Part shown: one piece after another, positions 1 to 8,340 of the stretch
Layout of the letters: each line of letters begins with the position of its first letter
How positions within the stretch are numbered: position 1 is the first letter of the stretch
Assembly (NCBI GenBank): GCA_021817645.1
Contig: JAKAGH010000002.1
Span: forward strand, 1-32,476
Length of the DNA stretch: 32,476 nucleotides
Reading direction: 5' to 3'
DNA from: Deltaproteobacteria bacterium
GTDB taxonomy: Bacteria; Desulfobacterota; Desulfobaccia; Desulfobaccales; 0-14-0-80-60-11
Made by a program: the position numbers and the translations under genes
Notes under the pieces: generated by a model
Told to the model about the DNA's origin: nothing
Database searches by the model: none
The model's input: the letters and a program-made list of their open reading frames with translations, nothing else

Positions 1-357
1 GATGTCTTTCTTTTCCTTGCCATAACGCTCCGCGTTCTTGGCGGTTTCCTGGAGCAAAGCCTCATAACGCTTTTTGACCTCCGGCTTGAGAGACTCTTTT
101 TCCAGGAGATCCAGTTCTAGGCGCTGCTTCTGTTGGCGGTACAAGTGCTCCCGGATTACCTTGGCCTGGTAGAAGGACCACTGGTCCGAGGCCTGCTGCT
201 GCGCCAGCAGCATCTCCTTCATGGCGTTGCTCCCCCCCAGGGAGGTGATGGCCAGGAAAACCGCAAAGATGGCCGTGGTTAAAGCCACCCGCTTGGTAAA
301 AGGGTCGCCCTTCTTTTCCTCCAATTCCTGCGGCTCCGGCAGTTCGATCTCAGCCAT
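1..357 (-). CDS. DUF4337-family membrane protein; the C-terminal part runs off the window edge
   Basis: ATG at 357-355. My own translation is MAEIELPEPQELEEKKGDPFTKRVALTTAIFAVFLAITSLGGSNAMKEMLLAQQQASDQWSFYQAKVIREHL..., open to position 1. A TM helix followed by ASDQWxxYQAK is the DUF4337 pattern. Confidence 0.7.
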   Translation of the reverse strand, partial: MAEIELPEPQELEEKKGDPFTKRVALTTAIFAVFLAITSLGGSNAMKEMLLAQQQASDQWSFYQAKVIREHLYRQQKQRLELDLLEKESLKPEVKKRYEALLQETAKNAERYGKEKKDI

Positions 358-463
358 GGGCGTCGGCTCCTTTTAAATGCAGGGATGCCCCCGCGTTGCG
401 ACCTCTCAATGGGGACTTTATCATTAGCTACAAATCAGTAACTATTTGATTTAGTGAAACATT

Positions 464-530
464 GTGGCGCAGGCTTTCCAGCCTGCGCAGGTTCTTCGGC
501 GCAGCCTGGAAAGGCTGCGCCACCGGTTAC
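464..530. repeat. REP-like double hairpin
   Basis: Hairpin 1 is 467-488, gcgcaggct-ttcc-agcctgcgc (9-bp stem). Hairpin 2 is 499-520, gcgcagcc-tggaaa-ggctgcgc (8-bp stem). The 25-mers 464-488 and 499-523 are also inverted copies of each other (2 mismatches). The unit ends in ggttac. Confidence 0.75.
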
Positions 531-590
531 AAAAATTTGCGGGATAAGGATAAGGGACGGGCACGAGGCTCCGCCTCCATGGGCCAGGGG

Positions 591-773
591 TTATCTGACC
601 CAAATTTTCATCTCTGCCGAGAGGGCGCCACCCAGCCCCAATTCGTTGCCCCACGCGTCATAAACCTTCCGGCCCGCTTCAATCTGCCCCAGCATCCCGG
701 CTTTAATCAACGCGTGCTTGACAGTCATGCCCGGCAGCAGTTCCACCGGTTCGTGGTTCACATAGACCCGCAT
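591..773 (-). CDS. Small hypothetical protein (60 aa); possibly a beta-grasp/ThiS-MoaD-like fold, unproven
   Basis: The ORF MRVYVNHEPVELLPGMTVKHALIKAGMLGQIEAGRKVYDAWGNELGLGGALSAEMKIWVR has a protein-like composition. It has no clear Shine-Dalgarno and is flanked on both sides by REP-like hairpins. Confidence 0.45.
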   Translation of the reverse strand: MRVYVNHEPVELLPGMTVKHALIKAGMLGQIEAGRKVYDAWGNELGLGGALSAEMKIWVR

Positions 774-787
774 TTAAATACAGTTTT

Positions 788-860
788 CTGTTTTCGGTTT
801 TCGGTTTTGGTGGCCCAGGCTTTCCAGCCTGTGTGGGCGCAGGCTAAAGCCTGTGGTTAC
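788..860. repeat. Short tandem heptamer (ttttcgg x2 plus one partial copy, ttttgg) followed by a second REP-like hairpin pair
   Basis: 791-808 reads ttttcggttttcggtttt. Hairpins are caggct-ttcc-agcctg (816-831) and caggc-taaa-gcctg (840-853). The core GGCTTTCCAGCCTG and the ggttac end match the 464-530 element. Confidence 0.7.
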
Positions 861-871
861 ATTCAGAGCTG

Positions 872-1007
872 ATCCGTAAATAGCACTGCCGCTGCCAGGT
901 GTTGTAAAGGCAATATAGCTGGTCAAAAGTTTCTCATAACGGACAATGAGCTTCCGGAAACGGTTGAACCGGGAATTGCTGGCATCCAACACCCAGCGGC
1001 TAATTGC
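872..1007 (-). pseudogene. C-terminal tail remnant of an IS4/IS5-type DDE transposase
   Basis: The minus-strand translation is ...AISRWVLDASNSRFNRFRKLIVRYEKLLTSYIAFTT.... This is the conserved RWxVE..(F/N)xWLxxFRRLxxRYEK...(F/Y)LAF end of IS5/IS4-family transposases. A stop lies immediately upstream (1008-1010) and no catalytic domain is present. Confidence 0.65.
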
Positions 1008-1018
1008 TCATTCCTTCC

Positions 1019-1726
1019 TCAATCCATCAATAACTGTATAATGGCCGGGTTATACGTGGCAAAACGCTCATAGGTTAATTGAACATTATCAAAAGCGGCT
1101 TTTACACTGGGTCCCGAGAAAGATGTATCTCTATCGAAATCGAGGTGAACAGTAGTACGTAAACCTAAAGAAGGATCGGCAGATGACCCGACTAATTGCC
1201 ATGACGCCCCATTCCAATAGAAACCTTGCATCGTATTCCCTGTCCTTGTCATTCTCAGCTTGCCTGAATTGCCCGCGGCAGAAACCTGAGTCATCACCCC
1301 CTTAATCATGGTGAAATAGATTTCGCCCCCTCCTCCTTCATCTAGCCCACGGCTTCGCCGGAATATGGAAAAATCATTAGCCTGAGATATAGTTAAGCCA
1401 ACCTGCGACGCATTATTGGCCGGCCACGTCAGCAAAGTATAATCGGCCTGCATATCGAAATCGCCAACCAGCGCAAAGTTGCTTCCCATATTACCTAGAT
1501 AAAGGGTGCCCCCCGAACTTGCTGGTAGAGTGATCTCAAGACGATTATTGGTCACGGTGGCTGTGGCATCCTGACCAATGCTGTAAATCCACCACAAGTT
1601 GATATCATATTGATTATTATCGAAGTTTTCGGTAATGATCCCCCCCTGGGAAGGAAAAACCGTCAGAAGTATAACTGAAAGAAACAATAAACCGGCAATG
1701 CCCATTTTTCTATGAGATAAAAACAT
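1019..1726 (-). CDS. Secreted/anchored hypothetical protein, probably a lectin/LamG-like jelly-roll
   Basis: 235-aa ORF with an N-terminal hydrophobic signal/anchor (GIAGLLFLSVILLTVFPSQG) and a beta-rich, Asn/Thr/Gly-rich body. The lines I counted are about 37-48% GC, against about 60-68% in neighbouring genes. Confidence 0.65.
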   Translation of the reverse strand: MFLSHRKMGIAGLLFLSVILLTVFPSQGGIITENFDNNQYDINLWWIYSIGQDATATVTNNRLEITLPASSGGTLYLGNMGSNFALVGDFDMQADYTLLTWPANNASQVGLTISQANDFSIFRRSRGLDEGGGGEIYFTMIKGVMTQVSAAGNSGKLRMTRTGNTMQGFYWNGASWQLVGSSADPSLGLRTTVHLDFDRDTSFSGPSVKAAFDNVQLTYERFATYNPAIIQLLMD

Positions 1727-1796
1727 AAGACCTCCTTTATTGCTCCTTCGAGCGGATCGTTCAGCTAATGAATTGCCCTTTGCCCATAGATAAACA

Positions 1797-1819
1797 AGCC
1801 CGGTTTCATCACCCGGGCT
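1797..1819 (-). terminator. Putative intrinsic terminator after the 5'-nucleotidase gene
   Basis: The minus strand reads agcccgg-gtgatgaaa-ccgggct, followed by tgtttatct. The stem is 7 bp and the T-run is only partial. Confidence 0.35.
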
Positions 1820-1895
1820 GAGAATGGGATTAAATCGGCCGCGGGACGGCTGAACCTGCGGTTCCCCCCTGGCCCCTCCCCTTTCTTACCCTCGC

Positions 1896-3440
1896 CTAAT
1901 CCACTTCCTTAATGCGGCCTTCGACCTGCGGGACCACAGTTTTCTGCCGGCGGACATAGTCGCCCACCACATCCCGCAGCCAGTGGCCCGCGTCGTTGTA
2001 TGCCAGCTTTTCCCCTTTGAGCATGCCGCCGACACAGACGTAATCCCGGGAGGACTGCAGCGCCTCACCAAAGGCCTGGTAGCCGTCGCCGCCTGCAGCC
2101 ATAAAGTCGTTGGTGGCGACCACGTATTCTTTCTGGGGATCGAGGGACTGGCCGCCGATCATAATCTCCTTGACCCGGGAACCGGCAGGAGCCTGGCGGC
2201 TGTAAGTAAAGGAGAGGCCGGATACCTGGGGAAACCGGCCCGCGCCTTCCTCCAGGCCGGACAGGCCATGTTCCAGGGCCTCTCTGACCTGCTTGCCGGT
2301 GAGCTTGATGGCCACCAGATAATTATCAAAAGGCAGGACCGTATAAATATTTTTCATGGTGATGGCGCCCTTAGGGATGCCGGCCCGAATACCGCCGCCG
2401 TTGATGATGGCTGCGTCCGCACCCGCGGTCTGACGGAGGATATCAGCCATAAAGTCCCCCAGGTTGGTCTCCCGGGCCCGCACGTGCTCGCCATCCAGGT
2501 CCACGGCGGTCTCGCCGATTTTCTCGCCCAGAACCGCGTTGACCCTGGCCGCATATTTTTTTACCAGAGCCTGGACCGCCTTATCTGCCCGGCCCTGGGC
2601 CGGTTTGATCATCTCCAGGCGGCCGCTGAATTTCTTGATCTTACCGTCTTCCACCTGCAGGTCCAGGACCCCCAGGGCTTTGGCATGCTCCCAGGCCTGG
2701 ACGATGATGGTGCCGCCCACCACCGCGGGCTCCAGCAGCTTGGTGTGGGAATGCCCCCCGACGATGACCCCGATCCCTGGAACCTGGGCGGCCAAATTCC
2801 GGTCCGCGTCAAAGCCGAGGTGGGAGAGAACCACGACCAGGTCCGCCTTTTGGGTCAACTCCGGGAGATATTTCTCCACGCTGGCCGCGGGGGGGAGAAA
2901 TTTCAAACCGCCGACGTTACGGGGGTGGGTGGCTTGGGGCGTATCCGGGGTGACTACGCCGATAACGGCCACCTTCAGCCCCTGGATGTCTTTGATCACA
3001 TAGGGTTTAAGCCCGTCTTTGAAGCCCTCCACATTGGCCCCCAGCACCGGGAAACGGGCCGCGGCCATCCTTTTCTTAAGGACTTCCTGGCCGAAATCGA
3101 CCTCATGGTTGCCCACCACCATGGCGTCGAAGTGCATCAAGTTCATCAGGAAAATGGAGGATTTACCCTGAAAAAGATTGGCCCAACTGTTCCCCTGGAT
3201 CATGTCCCCCGCGGCCAGAAGCAGCGAGGGCTTTTCCTGGCGGCGCTGCTTTACGGCCGCGGCCAGGTAGGCGGCGCCGCCGAGCTGCTCCTGGGAGCCC
3301 GGGGGCTGGTAGGGCTCGGCAAACCCATGAAAATCATTGACATAGAGAATCCTGAGGGAACCTTCCCGGGCCTGGGCCGGAGCCAGGAGGAGGAGGGATA
3401 GAACCAGAATCAATAGGGCAATACTTAATTTTTTCATCAT
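1896..3440 (-). CDS. Bifunctional metallophosphatase / 5'-nucleotidase (UshA-like), secreted
   Basis: Signal peptide MMKKLSIALLILVLSLLLLAPAQA. Calcineurin-type metallophosphatase motifs are present: YVNDFHG, GDMIQG, GNHEVDFG, SHLG, GGHSH. The C-terminal 5'-nucleotidase substrate domain shows GGIRAGI and NDFMAAGGDGY. Confidence 0.9.
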   Translation of the reverse strand: MMKKLSIALLILVLSLLLLAPAQAREGSLRILYVNDFHGFAEPYQPPGSQEQLGGAAYLAAAVKQRRQEKPSLLLAAGDMIQGNSWANLFQGKSSIFLMNLMHFDAMVVGNHEVDFGQEVLKKRMAAARFPVLGANVEGFKDGLKPYVIKDIQGLKVAVIGVVTPDTPQATHPRNVGGLKFLPPAASVEKYLPELTQKADLVVVLSHLGFDADRNLAAQVPGIGVIVGGHSHTKLLEPAVVGGTIIVQAWEHAKALGVLDLQVEDGKIKKFSGRLEMIKPAQGRADKAVQALVKKYAARVNAVLGEKIGETAVDLDGEHVRARETNLGDFMADILRQTAGADAAIINGGGIRAGIPKGAITMKNIYTVLPFDNYLVAIKLTGKQVREALEHGLSGLEEGAGRFPQVSGLSFTYSRQAPAGSRVKEIMIGGQSLDPQKEYVVATNDFMAAGGDGYQAFGEALQSSRDYVCVGGMLKGEKLAYNDAGHWLRDVVGDYVRRQKTVVPQVEGRIKEVD

Positions 3441-3502
3441 TTCCCGTATGGTTCAGTTAAAAAATCGAAAGGGGTGGGGAGGATAACAGACTTCGGCGCG
3501 AA

Positions 3503-4306
3503 TTACATAAACTCCGGCTCCACCGTTGGTTCTTCCCGTTGCTTGAAGGGCTTCGGCTCCCTCCTGACGGGTGCTTGTCCCCGGGGAAAAGCCAGCGGCA
3601 GGGTTTCCAGGTCGCGGCCCAGGACCCAGCCCACCGCGCCGCTGGCAGGCTGGCGCACCTTAAACCAGGCGCCGCTCTCCCCGATCTTTTCCACTTGGGA
3701 GTTGAACTTAAGGGCTCTGACGACCTCACTCCGGGGCGCCGGTTTGGCCTGCAGGTTCAATCTGGAAACGGCCACATAATAATAGTTTCGGCCCGCCTTT
3801 TGCTGAGTCTCTTCGTACTGCGCCGTCAAAGCCGCAGCCGGAACCCAGCCCAAACTATGGCCCTTGATCACCAGGACCCGCCACCACCCCTGATCTCCTT
3901 CCGCCACCCGCTGCACCTGCTCGCCCCGAAAAAGCAGTTGCAAGGAGAGGCAATCACTGCCGGGGCATTCCCGCAACGGCACGGTATCCGCATTGATATA
4001 ATAAAACACGGTGGGGACGGGCTCAGCACTGAGCAGGCCCTTCCGGACCCATCCGCTCTGCCCGCTGCGGAGCACCTTAACCCGCCACCAGTCCGTTTGA
4101 CCCTCTTCCACCCGTTCCACTTTATCGCCCTTATAAAGGAGGCCCAGGACATTGCTGGCATCACCAGGGCCGTCCTTAAGATAGGTGATCTCCTGGCTCA
4201 CATAGAAGTAGACTTCCGGGGGTTTAACCGGGGTAGTGGCACAGGACCAGGCCGATCCCCAGAGCAGCGTCAACAGCAGTAATCTGGTTAAAGACTTGAG
4301 CCTCAT
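3503..4306 (-). CDS. Exported protein with three bacterial SH3 (SH3b) repeats
   Basis: Signal peptide MRLKSLTRLLLLTLLWGSAWSC. There are three repeats of the pattern Y(Y/V)...L(R/K)..P......(V/L)..L..G..V.......WW(R/K)V....G..GWV....L. The second repeat carries CPGSDC. Confidence 0.8.
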   Translation of the reverse strand: MRLKSLTRLLLLTLLWGSAWSCATTPVKPPEVYFYVSQEITYLKDGPGDASNVLGLLYKGDKVERVEEGQTDWWRVKVLRSGQSGWVRKGLLSAEPVPTVFYYINADTVPLRECPGSDCLSLQLLFRGEQVQRVAEGDQGWWRVLVIKGHSLGWVPAAALTAQYEETQQKAGRNYYYVAVSRLNLQAKPAPRSEVVRALKFNSQVEKIGESGAWFKVRQPASGAVGWVLGRDLETLPLAFPRGQAPVRREPKPFKQREEPTVEPEFM

Positions 4307-4323
4307 AGCCGGTCCCCCACAGG

Positions 4324-4914
4324 CTACTCCGTCTTATCCAAGGCGGAGATGCGCCATTGACCCGACTCCCTGGCAAAGGTGATCAAATAGGTCCTGGAAA
4401 TATGCAGCGGCTTCATGGTGCTGATGTTCTGGGCCTCAATTAGCCAGGTTACCCGAGCCACCGCCGTATTATCGTTCACAGAATTGATCTCCTGGATATC
4501 GAATTCCATTTTCGGGTAGTTGTAGATTTTCCAGGTTTTGGAGATACTTTGGGCGCGCTGGGTCAGTTGCGGAAAGTTCGGTGAATAATAACTCAAAAGT
4601 TCGGACAAATCCCTTTTCCGATTGGCCTCCCGGATGCCGGCCAGCACCTCTGCCAACTGGCTTTTTAAGGTGGGAGCCGGCGCGGGCGGGACTTTGGCGG
4701 CCGCGAGGGGGGCGGCAGCCGTGCCGGGAGCCGGCTGGGCCTGAACCGGAGGAGCCTCCGGCCCCTTCTCAGAGGCCGTAAAATAAGCCCTGCCGTGAAT
4801 CAAAAACCAGAGGAGGTAGCTGACGAGCACCAGGCCCAATCCCAGCCCCAAGCCGTGGAGCCAGGAATGCCCCAACCAGCGCTGCAGAAAAGCGGATTTA
4901 GGTTTATCAGTCAT
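4324..4914 (-). CDS. Membrane-anchored protein with a Pro/Ala-rich linker and a C-terminal NTF2/SnoaL-like domain (tentative)
   Basis: One TM helix (WLHGLGLGLGLVLVSYLLWFLI), a PAPGTAAAPLAAAKVPPAPAPT linker, and a roughly 110-aa alpha+beta tail. It lies 17 nt upstream of, and co-directional with, the SH3b gene. Confidence 0.6.
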   Translation of the reverse strand: MTDKPKSAFLQRWLGHSWLHGLGLGLGLVLVSYLLWFLIHGRAYFTASEKGPEAPPVQAQPAPGTAAAPLAAAKVPPAPAPTLKSQLAEVLAGIREANRKRDLSELLSYYSPNFPQLTQRAQSISKTWKIYNYPKMEFDIQEINSVNDNTAVARVTWLIEAQNISTMKPLHISRTYLITFARESGQWRISALDKTE

Positions 4915-5117
4915 TTTCTGCGCTCAGAGAACCCTTGGTGATATGATACCAAAATCTGCACCCCTAAGGAAGGCGCAAGCCATTCTCATCACCAGGAATT
5001 GCCGGATGGTGCCGCGGCTCCATCTATGATAAATAATTAGCCAATGGCATGGTCAATTTTTACTGCTCTAAAATCTAGTGCTGCTGGCTACCGGATTATG
5101 GACGGCGGGTTAAATTG

Positions 5118-7181
5118 ATGTCGGCCCTTGATGATTCCCGGAAATTCCCCTGGTATTTTATTCTGATATTCTGCATTCTCTCCCTGGGAATTTTAGCCAC
5201 GGGATATTTATATTATAAGAACCAAGAGAGTTACATTAAAAAAGAAAAGCAACAAGAGCTTGCCGCCATTGTTGCCCTTAAAGTAGAACAGATCATCTCC
5301 TGGCGCCAGGAACGCCTCGATTATGCCAGCACGATTATGGATGACCCCTTTTTAGCCATACGGGTGATGGATTTTTTCAAGGGGAAAACCCAGCCTCTAC
5401 TCCGGAAACAGATTCTCGACCGGCTGACAGCCCTGGCCTCATACCAATATCACAGCCTGGCGTTAATCGATCCCCAAGGGAATATCAAGTTGGCCGCGCC
5501 GGCGTCGGGGAGAGAGCTTAACTCCTACTTGCAGTCCTTGGCGGCCCAAGCCATCCAGACCCAAAAAGTCGTTTTTTCCGACCTTTATCTGGATGAAGAC
5601 TCCAAAGCCCGGCTCAGCGTTCTCACTCCGCTCCTGGTCATGCAAGGGGAGAAAAAGATTACTGTGGGCGTTATTCTGATGAGGATTGAACCTTATCAGT
5701 TTCTTTATCCTTTGCTGAAGTCGTGGCCTACCCCGAGTCTGACCGGAGAGACCGAACTGGTCCGCCGGGACGGCAATGAAGTGGTCTTTCTCAACGAACT
5801 CCGGCATCAGAAGAACACCCCCCTGAAGTTACGGTTCCCCGTAAATTCGCCCCACCTGCTGGCCGCCAGTGTTGCCCGGGGACAAAAAGGCATTGTGGAG
5901 GGCCGGGACTATCGGGGAGTGCCGGTAATTGCCGCAGTGGGATGCATTCCTGATTCCTCCTGGTTCATCATCGCCAAAACCGACGCCGACGAGATTTATG
6001 CCCCTCTAAGTAAGCTGACCCATGAAGTCGTTTTTCTCCTGATTATCTTGATTGGCGCGGCAGGCATCGGTGTGGCTTATCTCTCCCGGAATCAGCAAAT
6101 TAGCTTTTACCGCCGGCAATATGAGGTGGAGCGGGAGCGCCGCGCCCTGGCGCGGCGTTATGAGTATCTCACCAGGTTTGCCAATGATATCATCCTGGTG
6201 GCGGACGGCAATCTGCTCATTGTGGAAGCTAACGACCAGGCGGTGGTCTCTTACGGATATGAGCGGGACGAACTCCTGAAACTCCATGTCCTGGATTTAT
6301 ATCCGCCGGGGTCTGAACGGCTTCTTGATGCCCTGATACTACACGGTAAAGAGAAAAGCGGGCTGATTTTTGAAGCCATTCAGCAGAGGAAAGATGGCTC
6401 GGCTTTTCCGGTGGAGGTCAGCCTGCGCCAATTGGAAATAGAAGGCGAAATATTGTTCCAGGAAATCATCCGGGATATCACCGAGCGCAAGCATACTGAA
6501 GAATCTCTCAAAGAATCGGCCAAGAACCTGCGCCATCTAGCCTCTCAGCTCCTGCGGGCCCAGGAAGACGAGCGGAAACGCATCTCCCGGGAATTGCACG
6601 ATCAACTGGGACATGCATTGCTGGCGCTGAAGCTGCAGTTAGAAGCAGTGGCCACAAATTTGTTGCCTGAACAGAGTTCCCTCAAAGCCGAGGTGAGTAA
6701 GATCCTCGCCTTCATGGGCACGACCATAGAAGAGGTGCGCCGCCTCTATCTTGATCTCAGCCCTGGTGACCTGGAGGATTTGGGTCTCACCGCGGCTTTG
6801 CAATCCCTGGTGGATGATTTTGCCGATCTCCAGAAGCACTTAGAATTTACCATTGACCTGGACGACATCGACGACCTCTTTGCCTTGCCCGTGCAGACCG
6901 CGATCTACCGGGTAGTGCAGGAGGCTTTGACGAACATCGGCAAGCACGCCCAACCGCAGCATGTGTCGTTGCAGGTTAAGCGGGATGGGCAAAAAGTCTC
7001 TTTTATGATTGCAGACGATGGCCTGGGCTTCGATCGTTATCTGCACGCCGAGAAGAAAACCCTGGGTCTCATAACTATGGAAGAGCGCGTTAAAATCCTG
7101 GGCGGCTCTTTTGACCTCTGGAGCCAAAAAAAACAGGGCACCAGAATCTCTTTTACCATTCCCATAACCGGAGAACCATAA
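5118..7181 (+). CDS. Sensor histidine kinase, NarL-partner type (periplasmic sensor domain, PAS, HisKA_3, HATPase_c)
   Basis: Two TM helices flank a periplasmic domain of about 270 aa, followed by a PAS-like segment. The HisKA_3 H-box is ELHDQLGHALLALKL. The ATPase N-box is EALTNIGKHA and the G-boxes are DDGLGF / GLITMEERVKILGG. ATG 5118 is preferred over TTG 5115. Confidence 0.9.
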   Translation: MSALDDSRKFPWYFILIFCILSLGILATGYLYYKNQESYIKKEKQQELAAIVALKVEQIISWRQERLDYASTIMDDPFLAIRVMDFFKGKTQPLLRKQILDRLTALASYQYHSLALIDPQGNIKLAAPASGRELNSYLQSLAAQAIQTQKVVFSDLYLDEDSKARLSVLTPLLVMQGEKKITVGVILMRIEPYQFLYPLLKSWPTPSLTGETELVRRDGNEVVFLNELRHQKNTPLKLRFPVNSPHLLAASVARGQKGIVEGRDYRGVPVIAAVGCIPDSSWFIIAKTDADEIYAPLSKLTHEVVFLLIILIGAAGIGVAYLSRNQQISFYRRQYEVERERRALARRYEYLTRFANDIILVADGNLLIVEANDQAVVSYGYERDELLKLHVLDLYPPGSERLLDALILHGKEKSGLIFEAIQQRKDGSAFPVEVSLRQLEIEGEILFQEIIRDITERKHTEESLKESAKNLRHLASQLLRAQEDERKRISRELHDQLGHALLALKLQLEAVATNLLPEQSSLKAEVSKILAFMGTTIEEVRRLYLDLSPGDLEDLGLTAALQSLVDDFADLQKHLEFTIDLDDIDDLFALPVQTAIYRVVQEALTNIGKHAQPQHVSLQVKRDGQKVSFMIADDGLGFDRYLHAEKKTLGLITMEERVKILGGSFDLWSQKKQGTRISFTIPITGEP

Positions 7182-7183
7182 GC

Positions 7184-7822
7184 ATGGATGCGTATACCAT
7201 CGTCCTGGCCGATGATCACATGATGTTCCGTGAAGGAGTTAAACGCATCATTGAGCAGAGCCAGGATGTCTGCATCACTGGTGAGGCCAATGACGGTCTC
7301 GAGTTGCTGGATTTCCTGAAAAAATCCCCCCCCGATCTGGTCATTCTGGACATTTCCATGCCCAATCTGCGCGGCCTGGAAGCCATCAAAGAAATTAAGA
7401 GGGGCTACCCCCAGGTAAAGATCCTGGTTTTGACCATGCACAAAAAAAAGGAATTTATCCGCCAAGCCCTCAGCAGCGGTGCGGATGGCTTTTTGCTCAA
7501 GGAAGACGCCGGCGGCGAGCTGATTCGAGCAGTGCAGTTAATCAGGAAAGGCGGCAAATATATTTCCCCTCTATTGGCCACCATGATGGCAAGTCTGGCC
7601 GTAGAGCAGGGCCAGGCCGAAATCCTCACGATCCGGGAAAGAGAAGTCTTAAAGCTCCTGGCAGAAGGGAAAAGAACCGAAGAAATTGCCGCGGTGCTGC
7701 ACATCAGCCCTCATACAGTGCGCCGCCACCGTTACAATATCATGGAGAAGTTAGATATCAACAACCTGGCCGATCTGCTCAAATACGCTATTTCCCACCA
7801 TTATCTCGTTGACTTTTCTTAG
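7184..7822 (+). CDS. NarL/FixJ-family response regulator (REC + LuxR HTH)
   Basis: MDAYTIVLADDH..., phospho-acceptor context LVILDISMP, and a LuxR-type HTH (LTIREREVLKLLAEGKRTEEIAAVLHISPHTVRRHRYNIMEKL). It starts 2 nt after the kinase stop. Confidence 0.92.
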   Translation: MDAYTIVLADDHMMFREGVKRIIEQSQDVCITGEANDGLELLDFLKKSPPDLVILDISMPNLRGLEAIKEIKRGYPQVKILVLTMHKKKEFIRQALSSGADGFLLKEDAGGELIRAVQLIRKGGKYISPLLATMMASLAVEQGQAEILTIREREVLKLLAEGKRTEEIAAVLHISPHTVRRHRYNIMEKLDINNLADLLKYAISHHYLVDFS

Positions 7823-8077
7823 GTTTGCCTTCCTGCATTTGATCAAAATGATCATAAGAAAATGGTCAGCCCAGCTATCGACTTCCAGCCTCACCTTTCC
7901 CATACTATTACGCGGTTGAAAGATTTTCCTGTTTAACTTGGCCGGGAGCAATTCCCGGGGAACAGCATTTCCCCCCCCGGCCAAAACCGCAGGAACATCG
8001 GCGCCGGAGGCGGGACGCCCCGGCTTGGGGCGGCATCCGCCTCAAGGCAAGGATTTCCAATGCAAGGGGGAAGCATC

Positions 8078-8308
8078 ATGAAGCCAATCATTCTGTTAAT
8101 GGTGGGAATTCTGGTTTTAGGGGGCTGTTCCAGCATGTCCCCCACCGAGCAACGCGTGCTGAGCGGCGGCGCCATGGGTGCGGCCGGGGGCGCGGTCATC
8201 GGGGCCGTGGCCGGCTCGCCCGCCCTTGGTGCGGCGATCGGCGGAGGCGCCGGCCTCCTGGGAGGGTTGGCCTACGATCAAATTCAGAAATCCCAGGGGA
8301 GGCCCTAA
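8078..8308 (+). CDS. Small glycine-zipper lipoprotein (OsmB/YMGG-like)
   Basis: MKPIILLMVGILVLGGC lipobox, then a Gly/Ala zipper GGAMGAAGGAVIGAVAGSPALGAAIGGGAGLLGG. A GGGGGA Shine-Dalgarno sits before ATG 8078, so the track start at 8060 is probably too long. Confidence 0.75.
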   Translation: MKPIILLMVGILVLGGCSSMSPTEQRVLSGGAMGAAGGAVIGAVAGSPALGAAIGGGAGLLGGLAYDQIQKSQGRP

Positions 8309-8340
8309 GGCCGGGACCTGTCTGTTATCGAGAGGTGGCC

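Noticed and set aside
464-860. A possible CRISPR array, because of the repeated palindromic units
   Set aside because: There are only four short hairpin copies, in mixed orientation. They lack regular repeat-spacer periodicity and are split by a 280-bp segment. This is REP-like, not CRISPR.
774-992. A 72-aa ORF called as a possible gene
   Set aside because: Only its first ~30 residues are meaningful, as a transposase C-terminal tail. The rest reads through REP hairpins and a heptamer repeat. I treat it as an IS remnant, not a gene.
1983-3401. A long 472-aa plus-strand ORF. Similar long antisense ORFs occur at 3539-4282, 17332-19362, 20013-20768 and 22915-24312.
   Set aside because: Each lies entirely antisense to a gene with unmistakable family motifs (5'-nucleotidase, SH3b protein, hsdR, fic, hsdM). 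Their translations are low-complexity and rich in Gly, Arg, Pro and Leu. These are typical shadow ORFs of GC-rich DNA.
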